A stretch of DNA of 64,000 nt from Acutalibacteraceae bacterium (lineage in GTDB: Bacteria > Bacillota > Clostridia > Oscillospirales > Acutalibacteraceae): positions 48,696-112,695 of the forward strand of contig JAZLAG010000003.1 of the NCBI GenBank assembly GCA_045613085.1. The letters are read 5' to 3'. The notes below the pieces were generated by a model. The model was given only the letters and a program-made list of their open reading frames with translations. It was not told where the DNA came from and ran no database searches. Positions within the stretch are counted from its first letter, which is position 1; the number at the start of each line of letters is the position of its first letter. Below are positions 9,266-17,887 of the stretch, piece by piece. Made by a program: the position numbers and the translations under genes.

Positions 9266-10180
9266 TTCTATCTCTTCAATATCATAAGGTGTAGTCTGGT
9301 AAACAAAGTAGTTAAGCCAGTTATTGTAAAGAAGTGTAGCGTGTGAACGCCATTTTGCCTGTGGCTCTTTTTCGGGGTCATCTTGGGGAAAATAATTTTC
9401 TGGAATATTAGGGTTAATACCAGCAGCTAAATCTCTTAAATATTCATTTTTAAGAGTATCTGCATCATATTCAGAATGACCTGTAACAAAAATCTGCTTA
9501 CCATTATCAGTTGTTACAATATACACACCAGCATCTTCTGATGAAGCAATAATTTTAAGTTCTGGAACTTTTTCAATATCTTCACGCTTAACAGTTGTAT
9601 TTCTTGACTGTGGAACCCAGAATTCATCGTCAAAGCCTCTTAAAAGAATTGACTTCTTATAATCTGCTGTGTGTTTATAAACACCCGAAAGTTTTTCTTT
9701 TAACGGATATTTTTTAATACCATAATGGTAATAAAGCCCCGCCTGAGCACCCCAACAGATATGGAATGTGCTTGTTACGTGAGTTTTACTCCATTCCATT
9801 ATTTCGCAGAGTTCATCCCAGTATTCAACTTCTTCAAACTCCATTTTTTCTACTGGTGCACCAGTAATAATAAGACCATCAAATTTTCTGTGCTTAACAT
9901 CTTTAAAAGTTTTATAAAACTCAAATAAATGCTCCTGAGAAGTGTTTTTTGAAGTATGTGACTCTGTGTGAATAAACTCAAACTCAACCTGTAACGGTGA
10001 GTTACCCAAAAGTCTTGAAAGCTGTGTTTCAGTTTCAATCTTTTTAGGCATTAAATTTAAAAGTAATATTTTAAGCGGACGAATATCCTGAGTTATAGCT
10101 CTTGTGTCCGTCATAACAAATATATTTTCTTCAGCTAAAATATCAACTGCTGGAAGTCCGTTTGGAATTTTAATAGGCAA
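9263..10180 (-). CDS. metA: Homoserine O-acyltransferase (MetA family)
   Basis: 305 aa. [23 protein letters not shown]...[18 protein letters not shown] is the canonical MetA N-terminus. Confidence 0.9.
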   Translation of the reverse strand: MPIKIPNGLPAVDILAEENIFVMTDTRAITQDIRPLKILLLNLMPKKIETETQLSRLLGNSPLQVEFEFIHTESHTSKNTSQEHLFEFYKTFKDVKHRKFDGLIITGAPVEKMEFEEVEYWDELCEIMEWSKTHVTSTFHICWGAQAGLYYHYGIKKYPLKEKLSGVYKHTADYKKSILLRGFDDEFWVPQSRNTTVKREDIEKVPELKIIASSEDAGVYIVTTDNGKQIFVTGHSEYDADTLKNEYLRDLAAGINPNIPENYFPQDDPEKEPQAKWRSHATLLYNNWLNYFVYQTTPYDIEEIE

Positions 10181-10209
10181 ACCTTCTTGCCCCTTTCATT
10201 TATTATAAT

Positions 10210-10252
10210 GCCGACCGCAGGCCCTTAATTCCGAATTATGCATTCCGAATTA
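10210..10252. repeat. Degenerate relative of the dispersed element (GCCGACCgcagGCCC core + TTCCGAATT x2 tail)
   Basis: gccgaccgcaggcccttaattccgaattatgcattccgaatt lies between metY and metA. The architecture resembles copies 1 and 2 but with different tail words. Confidence 0.3.
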
Positions 10253-11530
10253 ATCTCCTAACGCCTGTTTAATATCGTTAATTAAATCCTCTGCATTTTC
10301 AAGTCCGCAAGAAAGACGAACTAAATCTGGTGAAACACCTGCTGCACGAAGCTCGTCGTCATTCATCTGACGGTGAGTTGCACTTGCTGGGTGTAAGCAA
10401 CAGCTTCTTGCATCTGCAACGTGAGTTTCAATAGCAATAATTTTAAGCTTCTTCATAAATTCTTCAGCAGCTTTTCTGCCACCTTTAACACCAAAGCTAA
10501 CAACACCACAAGTACCATTTGGAAGATACTTTTGTGCTAAACTGTAATATTTATCGCCCTCAAGACCTGCATAAGTAACCCATTCAATTTTGTCGCTTTC
10601 TTGCAAGAATTTTGCAACTGCAAGACCATTTTCACAGTGACGTTTTATACGAACGTGAAGACTTTCAAGTCCTAAATTGATATAAAATGCGCTTTGTGGA
10701 GATTGAACTGAGCCTAAATCTCTCATAAGCTGTGCAGTAGCCTTTGTAATGAATGCGCCTTCTTTACCAAAGCGTTCAGCATAAGTTACGCCGTGGTAAC
10801 TATCGTCTGGTGTACAAAGACCAGGGAACTTATCAGCGTGTGCCATCCAGTCAAATTTACCAGAATCAACAATACAACCACCAACAGAAGCACCATGACC
10901 ATCAATATATTTTGTAGTTGAATGAGTAACAATGTCTGCTCCCCATTCAATAGGACGACAATTAACAGGAGTTGCAAATGTATTATCTATAATAAGCGGA
11001 ACGCCATGAGCGTGAGCAGCCTTTGCAAATTTTTCAATATCAAGAACTGCTAAAGCAGGGTTTGCAATAGTTTCGCCGAATACTGCCTTTGTATTAGGTT
11101 TAAATGCAGCGTTTAATTCTTCCTCTGTGCAATCAGGAGAAACGAATGTGAACTCAATACCCATTCTTTTCATTGTAACTGCAAAGAGATTATATGTACC
11201 ACCATAAATAGCAGATGATGAAACAACATGGTCACCATTAGATGCTAAGTTAAATACTGAATAGAATGAAGCAGCCTGACCTGAACCTGTAAGCATTGCT
11301 GCTGTACCGCCTTCAAGTTCTGCAATTTTAGCTGCAACTAAATCGCAAGTAGGATTCTGAAGTCTTGAGTAAAAATAGCCTGTTGCTTCAAGGTCAAAAA
11401 GCTTACCCATATCTTCACTTGTATCATATTTAAAAGTTGTGCTCTGGTAAATAGGAATTTGTCTTGGTTCGCCATTACCAGGTGTATAACCACCCTGCAC
11501 ACATTTTGTTTCTATTTTATAATCGCTCAT
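10250..11530 (-). CDS. metY: O-acetylhomoserine aminocarboxypropyltransferase/sulfhydrylase (PLP-dependent)
   Basis: 426 aa. It has the Cys/Met-metabolism PLP enzyme signature around HSTTKYIDGHG (PLP lysine). Confidence 0.9.
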   Translation of the reverse strand: MSDYKIETKCVQGGYTPGNGEPRQIPIYQSTTFKYDTSEDMGKLFDLEATGYFYSRLQNPTCDLVAAKIAELEGGTAAMLTGSGQAASFYSVFNLASNGDHVVSSSAIYGGTYNLFAVTMKRMGIEFTFVSPDCTEEELNAAFKPNTKAVFGETIANPALAVLDIEKFAKAAHAHGVPLIIDNTFATPVNCRPIEWGADIVTHSTTKYIDGHGASVGGCIVDSGKFDWMAHADKFPGLCTPDDSYHGVTYAERFGKEGAFITKATAQLMRDLGSVQSPQSAFYINLGLESLHVRIKRHCENGLAVAKFLQESDKIEWVTYAGLEGDKYYSLAQKYLPNGTCGVVSFGVKGGRKAAEEFMKKLKIIAIETHVADARSCCLHPASATHRQMNDDELRAAGVSPDLVRLSCGLENAEDLINDIKQALGD

Positions 11531-11566
11531 TTTAATATCTCCTTTCGAGCAACTTAAATTTAATAA

Positions 11567-12280
11567 TTAACCAGCAAGAACAATGCACCAATAAACTGTT
11601 CTGCCATCTTTAGAATAAGCACCAACGCCTATTTCACTGAAATTTTGGCTCTTAAACGCTTTACAACTTTGTGCTTCTTTAAGCATTTTGTCAAAACATT
11701 GACCATAGCTTGTTGTTGAAACACACATTACTTTATCGGCACATTTATAAGAAATATTATTCTGGTCAAGCAATGTATTGTAATATGTATCGTCACCGCG
11801 TCTTAATGCTGTACCAGTTTGTGTAACAAACTCAAAAGCCGCCTGATCTGCTATTTTTGAAAGCTCCTCAGAAATTATTAAGGTTTTTAATGAATTATCG
11901 CTCTGAACCTTTCTGTATTCATTAATAAGAGCCACCATTTCTTCTTCATGCTTATTAAATTCGTAAGCAGGCATATACTCCTTTGCTCTAAGCTGAGCCG
12001 CAATCCTCAAAGCAAGTCTTGCATCTGCAACCTTTAATTCACCATCACAATCAATATCCGCCGCCGAAAAGTCGTGCTCACTTAAATTATTCTCCGAAAT
12101 TCCAATAGCCGTTTTCAGTATATTTCTTGCATCTGTTACTGTAACCGCACCATCGTTATCAACATCCCCGTAATAACGCTTAACCTCAAAAGCAACCATA
12201 GGTAAACAAGTAACAGCAATTAACATAACTGCAACAATTATTATCGCAATTCTTTTTAAATTCTGTTTCATTTTTAACAA
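11567..12280 (-). CDS. Secreted dockerin-containing CAP/SCP-domain protein
   Basis: Signal peptide; two dockerin Ca-binding repeats (DVDNDGAVTVTDARNILKTAIG and DIDCDGELKVADARLALRIAAQ); C-terminal CAP-like region ending GVGAY...YWCIVLAG. Confidence 0.75.
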   Translation of the reverse strand: MLKMKQNLKRIAIIIVAVMLIAVTCLPMVAFEVKRYYGDVDNDGAVTVTDARNILKTAIGISENNLSEHDFSAADIDCDGELKVADARLALRIAAQLRAKEYMPAYEFNKHEEEMVALINEYRKVQSDNSLKTLIISEELSKIADQAAFEFVTQTGTALRRGDDTYYNTLLDQNNISYKCADKVMCVSTTSYGQCFDKMLKEAQSCKAFKSQNFSEIGVGAYSKDGRTVYWCIVLAG

Positions 12281-12307
12281 CTCCTTTACTATAATTGCTG
12301 TTCTTCA

Positions 12308-13723
12308 TTAATAAAGTGTAACTTCCTGTAATTCCAACTCACCTCTGAAAGATGTGAATTTTATTTTCACTCTTTTGATTTCAGTTGGTGTTATTTTATG
12401 TATTCTCTTGTAACCTACAATTCCGCCTTTATCTACCCTTTTGAATTTACCATCACCAGTATCAAGATAAAGCTCGTATTCTTCGACGTGCTGACCGTTA
12501 GCTATATGCTCCATCATAAGCACTTTGTCAAACATATCTTTTTCTTTAAAGGTAAAAATAATTTCAGGCTCTTTATCATCAATTGCAGGCTTCCAAGTTT
12601 TATCTTCTTGGGAATTCATAAGATTTTTAACGTCATATTCACCTGAAAGTGAACTACTTGCAGTAATTTCTGCAATGCTTGAAACCTTATAAGCATAGCT
12701 TTGTTTATGACTTTTACCAAAAGCCATTAAAATCTGATAATCCATTTCTGCAAAGCTACCATCTTTCATTGGTGGCACACCTAACATCAAAGCACAGTTT
12801 GCACCAACAGATTCTAAATAAAGTTTCTGTAATCTATCTTTAGTTTTTGCAGAGTACTCATCTTCCTTATGGTAGTACCATCTGTCTCTCATTGAAACAG
12901 AAACCTCACAAGGATACCATATAAACTCAGACTCTTTTTTAATTGCCTTTCTTGAGCCTAAGTCCATATTATGCTTCTTCTCGCGTTTTTTATTTTTTCT
13001 TGATGGTGGTTCTTTACTTCTCTTGATAGCCTCTTCAATACTGTAATATTTTGGAACTACGCTCCACTCGTTTTTACGGATTACACCCCATTCATTGCCA
13101 TACCAACGAACATCAGGACCAACGAGTGAAATTACGGCATCAGGTTGACATTCTCTTACAACCTTATAATAACCCTCCCAGTCGTATTCCTGAGTGTAGC
13201 CTTTGCCATTATCTTCTGCCGCACCATCAAATCGAACATAGAATATGTCGCCATAATTTGTAAGAATTTCTCTTAAAAGTTTTTTGAAATATTCGTTATA
13301 TTCCTCACCTTTGCCATAGCTTTCAGAATTTCTGTCAAGTGGTGAAATTGCAATACCGAATTTAATACCTTGTTTTTTACATTCTTCGGAAAGCAATTTA
13401 ACCATATCTCTGTCCTCTACTTCCCAATTCACAGATTTTTCAATTGTATAATCGGTAAGTTTTGAGTACCAGAGGCAAAAACCATCGTGATGCTTTACAT
13501 TAAGCACCATTCCTTTGAATCCTGCTTCCTTAAAAAATGTTACCCATTCTTCTGCATTAAATTTTTCAGGAACAAAATTTACAGGGTCAACATTACCGTC
13601 AGTCCATTCTCTGTTAATAACCGTAGGAAGGCCAAGATTAATAAAGCCGTAAAATTCTGTTTTCTGCCACTCCAACTGGCGTTTTGACGGCTTTATTTCT
13701 GCCGCAATTTCATAAGGTTTCAT
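12308..13723 (-). CDS. Alpha-L-fucosidase (GH29-like) with C-terminal beta-sandwich
   Basis: 471 aa. Contains the VKHHDGFCLW motif typical of GH29. Confidence 0.75.
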   Translation of the reverse strand: MKPYEIAAEIKPSKRQLEWQKTEFYGFINLGLPTVINREWTDGNVDPVNFVPEKFNAEEWVTFFKEAGFKGMVLNVKHHDGFCLWYSKLTDYTIEKSVNWEVEDRDMVKLLSEECKKQGIKFGIAISPLDRNSESYGKGEEYNEYFKKLLREILTNYGDIFYVRFDGAAEDNGKGYTQEYDWEGYYKVVRECQPDAVISLVGPDVRWYGNEWGVIRKNEWSVVPKYYSIEEAIKRSKEPPSRKNKKREKKHNMDLGSRKAIKKESEFIWYPCEVSVSMRDRWYYHKEDEYSAKTKDRLQKLYLESVGANCALMLGVPPMKDGSFAEMDYQILMAFGKSHKQSYAYKVSSIAEITASSSLSGEYDVKNLMNSQEDKTWKPAIDDKEPEIIFTFKEKDMFDKVLMMEHIANGQHVEEYELYLDTGDGKFKRVDKGGIVGYKRIHKITPTEIKRVKIKFTSFRGELELQEVTLY

Positions 13724-13791
13724 ATATGTAAAAATCCTTCTTCAGTATTTTGCAAGGCAACGGACACCGTCACCTTGCAACATCAAACTAA

Positions 13792-14154
13792 TTATTTACC
13801 ATTGTCATTATTTGTAACAACAATATCTGAACCCGAACCTAAAATATCTTTTATGACAATATCACCGATTTTAACAGGTGCTTTTATAGATGCTTCATTT
13901 ATAAGCTTCATACAATCAAACATCTTATCTTTAGGAACAGGCTTTGAAGATTTTACAGGAACAACAGGCAAAGCACCATCTATAAGCTTTACCGTTGTTG
14001 TAAGGCTTCTTACTGGATTTGTAAGTTCATCTCTTGCATAGGCGTCACCGCGTTTACAAGTGTTACCTGTTACAGAAAGAATTTCGCCGTTTTCAATCTC
14101 CACTTCAATAGGACAACCTAACGGACAGGATACACAAATTAAATTCTTTTTCAT
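13792..14154 (-). CDS. DUF1667-type small Cys-rich protein (third subunit of the clostridial glycerol-3-P oxidoreductase cluster)
   Basis: 120 aa with MKKNLICVSCPLGCPIEVE. Its position after the two flavoproteins is the usual arrangement. Confidence 0.75.
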   Translation of the reverse strand: MKKNLICVSCPLGCPIEVEIENGEILSVTGNTCKRGDAYARDELTNPVRSLTTTVKLIDGALPVVPVKSSKPVPKDKMFDCMKLINEASIKAPVKIGDIVIKDILGSGSDIVVTNNDNGK

Positions 14155-14167
14155 TTTCAGTACCCCC

Positions 14168-15421
14168 TTATTCTTCTATTCTTACAGTGATTTCACTGTT
14201 TTCATTCATATTTTTAAGCATCTCAGGTGTAATTAAAACATTTTCCATTTCACCTGGTGCTAACATAACCTTCTTCTTAGATGAAAGAATATTGCCATCA
14301 CATTCAACAACGACCTTGGCACCTTTATAAACTTGTCCCACTCTGAAATAAAGCTTTACGCCCTCTTCATTTTTTATATCAACCCTTTGTGGAACAATGT
14401 AACGAACACCATTGATACCTTTAGTGTTTACATATGTGCCCTCTTGCTTTTTACCAAAAATGTAATTTGCAGCACCTTTACCAGCAATTTTACTTTCCTC
14501 AGTAACATAGTCAACAAGGTCATGAACCTGTAAAACATTACCACACGCAAAAATACCTTTATGGAGTGTTTCTCTGTATTCGTCAACAACAGGTCCGCCT
14601 GTGATTCCGTCAAGGTCAACACCAACGCCCTTTGAAAGCTCGTTTTCAGGAATAAGACCAACTGAGAGAAGAAGTGTATCACATTCAATATATTGCTCGG
14701 TACCAGGAATTGGCTTTAATTTTTCGTCAACATTAGCAATAGTAACGCCCTCGAGTCTTTCTTTACCATGAGTAGCTATAACTGTGCAACTGAGTCTTAA
14801 CGGAATACCAAAATCGTCAAGGCACTGAACAATATTTCTTTTAAGACCACCCGAATAAGGCATAAGCTCACAAACAACCTTAACCTCTGCACCCTCAAGT
14901 GTCATTCTTCTTGCCATAATAAGTCCTATATCACCAGAACCTAAAATAACAACCTTTTTACCTGGCATATATCCATCAATATTTACATATTTCTGTGCAG
15001 TACCAGCAGTCATAACACCAGCAGGACGAGAACCTGCGATTGACAGAGCACCACGAGGTCTTTCACGACAACCCATAGCAAGAACTACTGCAATTGCCTG
15101 AAATTTAATAAGACCATCTTTATTATTAACAGCTGTAACGACATTGTCCTTAGAAATATCTAAAACCATTGTATCAGTAAAAACATCAATATCAGTTTTT
15201 TCTACCTCAGCAATAAATCTGCCAGCATATTCAGGACCTGAAAGCTCTTCACCAAAATAATGAAGACCGAAGCCAGTGTGAATACATTGTTCAAGAATAC
15301 CGCCGAGTGTTTCAGCTCTTTCTAAAATGACGATTTTCTGAACGCCCTCTTCCTTAGCCTGAAGAGCTGCCGCCATACCAGCAGGACCACCGCCAACTAC
15401 AACTAAATCATAATTTAACAT
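14168..15421 (-). CDS. FAD/NAD(P)-binding pyridine nucleotide-disulfide-type oxidoreductase
   Basis: 417 aa with two Rossmann GxGxxG motifs (VVVGGGPAGMAAA and VVILGSGDIGL). Confidence 0.85.
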   Translation of the reverse strand: MLNYDLVVVGGGPAGMAAALQAKEEGVQKIVILERAETLGGILEQCIHTGFGLHYFGEELSGPEYAGRFIAEVEKTDIDVFTDTMVLDISKDNVVTAVNNKDGLIKFQAIAVVLAMGCRERPRGALSIAGSRPAGVMTAGTAQKYVNIDGYMPGKKVVILGSGDIGLIMARRMTLEGAEVKVVCELMPYSGGLKRNIVQCLDDFGIPLRLSCTVIATHGKERLEGVTIANVDEKLKPIPGTEQYIECDTLLLSVGLIPENELSKGVGVDLDGITGGPVVDEYRETLHKGIFACGNVLQVHDLVDYVTEESKIAGKGAANYIFGKKQEGTYVNTKGINGVRYIVPQRVDIKNEEGVKLYFRVGQVYKGAKVVVECDGNILSSKKKVMLAPGEMENVLITPEMLKNMNENSEITVRIEE

Positions 15422-15434
15422 CTTTCCTGCCTCC

Positions 15435-16868
15435 TTACTTTGTTTTATCGTACATTATATTTGAATTTCCACCGAACTTAGTTATTGTATTAACAGGAAC
15501 ATTTAATTCTCTTGCTAAAATTTCAACAACCTTGCTACCACAGAAGCCACCCTGACATCTGCCCATTCCGGCACGGGTTCTTCTTTTAACACCATCAACA
15601 TCTCTTGCACCTGCTGGAGCGTGAATAGCATCAATAATTTCACCCTCAGTAATTGTTTCACAACGGCAAACTATTCTGCCATAAGCCTTATTTTTCGCAA
15701 TAAGCTTTTCTCTCTGTGTTGAGGTCATTTCTCTGAAACGAACAGGCTCAGGTCTTATTGGGTTAAATGCTGATTTCTTTTGGACATCGCCTATAAGCTC
15801 TGTTACAATACCACCAACCATTTCAGCAATAGCAGGAGCGGAAGAAAGACCAGGAGATTCAATACCAGCAACATTTATAAAATTCTTATTTTTCTCGGAT
15901 GAACCGATTATAAAATCATCAGCTGTGCAGTGAGCACGGTTACCACTGAATGATGTAATTGCATTTCTTAATGATACCGCAGGAATACTCTTAATAGCTG
16001 AATTATAAACACTCTCAAGCCCCTCTGCAGTTGTATCAACATTATCACCATCATCGTGCTCTACAGCAGATGGTCCTACTATTAAGTTACCATCAACTGT
16101 AGGAGAAACAAGAACACCTTTACCCATCTTTGTAGGGCACTGGAATATTGTTCTGAATGCTAATGCACCTTGTGATTTATCAAGAAGATAATAGTCACCG
16201 CGTCTTGGTTTAATTTCGATTGATGTATCACCAATCATTTCTGCTACCTTACCTGAATAAACACCGGCAGCATTTATAACTATTGTAGCCTCTATTTCAC
16301 CAGTGCTTGTCTTAAGTGTAAAGCTATCACCATTATCACTGATAGCTGTTACCTCGCAATTTCTTATAAACTCAGCACCATTTGTTACAGCATTTTCAAC
16401 ACCAGCAATTGTCAATTCGTAAGGACAAACTATTGAAGAAGTTGGTGCCAAGAGTGCCGCAACAGCCTCATCCCCAATATTCCTCTCCATTTTAACGAGT
16501 TCATCTCTATACACAATTGAAAGCTCAGGCACACCATTTTGCTTTCCTCTTTCAAGAAGTTCTTTTAAATGCTCAACTTCTTCCTCGGAAAAAGCAACAA
16601 CAAGAGCACCTATATTTTTAAGAGGAACATTAAGCTCTTTACAAGTTGTTTTCATCAGCTCAACACCACGGACATTAAGCTTTGCCTTTAATGAACCTGG
16701 CTTTGCATCAAAGCCAGCGTGAACAATTGCACTATTTGCTTTTGTTGCACCCATTGCACAATCATTAGCTTTTTCTAACAATGCAATTTTCAAATTATAC
16801 TTTGAAAGCTCTCTTGTAATAAGCGAACCTACAACTCCCGCACCTATTACTGCCACATCGTACTTCAT
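15435..16868 (-). CDS. FAD-dependent glycerol-3-phosphate dehydrogenase/oxidase-like protein with BFD-like [2Fe-2S] C-terminal domain
   Basis: 477 aa with MKYDVAVIGAGVVGS at the N-terminus and C-terminal CRCE...GMGRCQGGFC. Confidence 0.8.
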   Translation of the reverse strand: MKYDVAVIGAGVVGSLITRELSKYNLKIALLEKANDCAMGATKANSAIVHAGFDAKPGSLKAKLNVRGVELMKTTCKELNVPLKNIGALVVAFSEEEVEHLKELLERGKQNGVPELSIVYRDELVKMERNIGDEAVAALLAPTSSIVCPYELTIAGVENAVTNGAEFIRNCEVTAISDNGDSFTLKTSTGEIEATIVINAAGVYSGKVAEMIGDTSIEIKPRRGDYYLLDKSQGALAFRTIFQCPTKMGKGVLVSPTVDGNLIVGPSAVEHDDGDNVDTTAEGLESVYNSAIKSIPAVSLRNAITSFSGNRAHCTADDFIIGSSEKNKNFINVAGIESPGLSSAPAIAEMVGGIVTELIGDVQKKSAFNPIRPEPVRFREMTSTQREKLIAKNKAYGRIVCRCETITEGEIIDAIHAPAGARDVDGVKRRTRAGMGRCQGGFCGSKVVEILARELNVPVNTITKFGGNSNIMYDKTK

Positions 16869-17154
16869 TTAAACAACTCCTTAGATAATTCAACTTTTTA
16901 TCTATATAATAAATCAATACATGCATAATTATAACAATTATACTCACAAAAATCAAGTGTATCTTATCACCAATATAATCCTTTGCTAATGCCAAATAAT
17001 CCCACTCCGAAAAACACTATTAAGAATTTTTAAGAATTTTAACATAATATCATTTTTTACTTGAATATCCAACACTTTTGTGTTAAAATGACTAATAACA
17101 TATTAAATTTAATAGAGAGATAAAAGTATAATTTAACAAAAAGTGAGGGGTAAT

Positions 17155-17787
17155 ATGTCAAACAAGGACGAGCGTTCAACCAAAGTCAATGCAAGCGACA
17201 GACGAGTTAAGCGCACAAAAAAGCTTTTAAGAGATTCTTTGTTTACTCTTTTGCAACAAAAATCAATAAATGAAATAACAGTTACAGAATTAACAGATAT
17301 TGCCGATATCAACCGTGCGACATTCTATTTTTACTACACCGATCTTTTAGATATGTTAGCCCAGATTCAGAACGAAGCCTACGAAATGTTTGAGGATGTT
17401 TTAAACGGTACAGAGAATTCTGTAAACTCCCCTGAAGCATTTGCAAAATACATTGAAAACATTTTGTTGTTCTGCAAAAGTAATCCAACCATCGCTAAAT
17501 TTGTTATCACGCGCGAGTATAACAACAACAAGGTTTTAACGAGAATAAAAAAGCTTCTTGCAAAAAATGTTCCTGTTGCTAAAGAAAACTATGCACAAGA
17601 TGACCCAAGAAGGTTCATTTTAAATTTCGCTCTCAACGCTTTAACCGGCACTGTTGTTGACTGGATGGACGATGGTATGATTATCCCCCCTGATGTTATG
17701 GCAGATTTTATTTCTAATATGTATATAAGTGGTTCACTTTTTGCAAAAAATAAGTTCTCATCATATTCCCAAGAAGACGATGAATAA
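17155..17787 (+). CDS. TetR/AcrR-family regulator (DhaS-like)
   Basis: HTH region INEITVTELTDIADINRATFYFYY. I prefer the ATG at 17155 because it is preceded by the gtgagggg RBS, rather than the track start at 17143. Confidence 0.85.
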   Translation: MSNKDERSTKVNASDRRVKRTKKLLRDSLFTLLQQKSINEITVTELTDIADINRATFYFYYTDLLDMLAQIQNEAYEMFEDVLNGTENSVNSPEAFAKYIENILLFCKSNPTIAKFVITREYNNNKVLTRIKKLLAKNVPVAKENYAQDDPRRFILNFALNALTGTVVDWMDDGMIIPPDVMADFISNMYISGSLFAKNKFSSYSQEDDE

Positions 17788-17796
17788 AACACAAAA

Positions 17797-17830
17797 GCAC
17801 CCCAACGATTCATAAAAATAGTTGGGGTGC
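17797..17830 (+). terminator. Terminator of the TetR gene
   Basis: GCACCCCAAC...GTTGGGGTGC stem followed by taaaattt. Confidence 0.55.
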
Positions 17831-17839
17831 TAAAATTTA

Positions 17840-17876
17840 CAACCACAACAAAAAACTGGTGTTTTTGTTGTGGTTG
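17840..17876 (-). terminator. Terminator of the ABC exporter operon
   Basis: CAACCACAACAAAAA...TTTTTGTTGTGGTTG stem; on the minus strand it is followed by a T-rich run. Confidence 0.6.
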
Positions 17877-17887
17877 CATTTTTGCTT

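Noticed and set aside
13741-13791. Hairpin TTGCAAGG...CCTTGCAA between the DUF1667 gene and the fucosidase gene, considered as a terminator
   Set aside because: There is no U-run following the stem on the transcribed (minus) strand. It may be an RNA processing or stability element, but it cannot be supported as a terminator.
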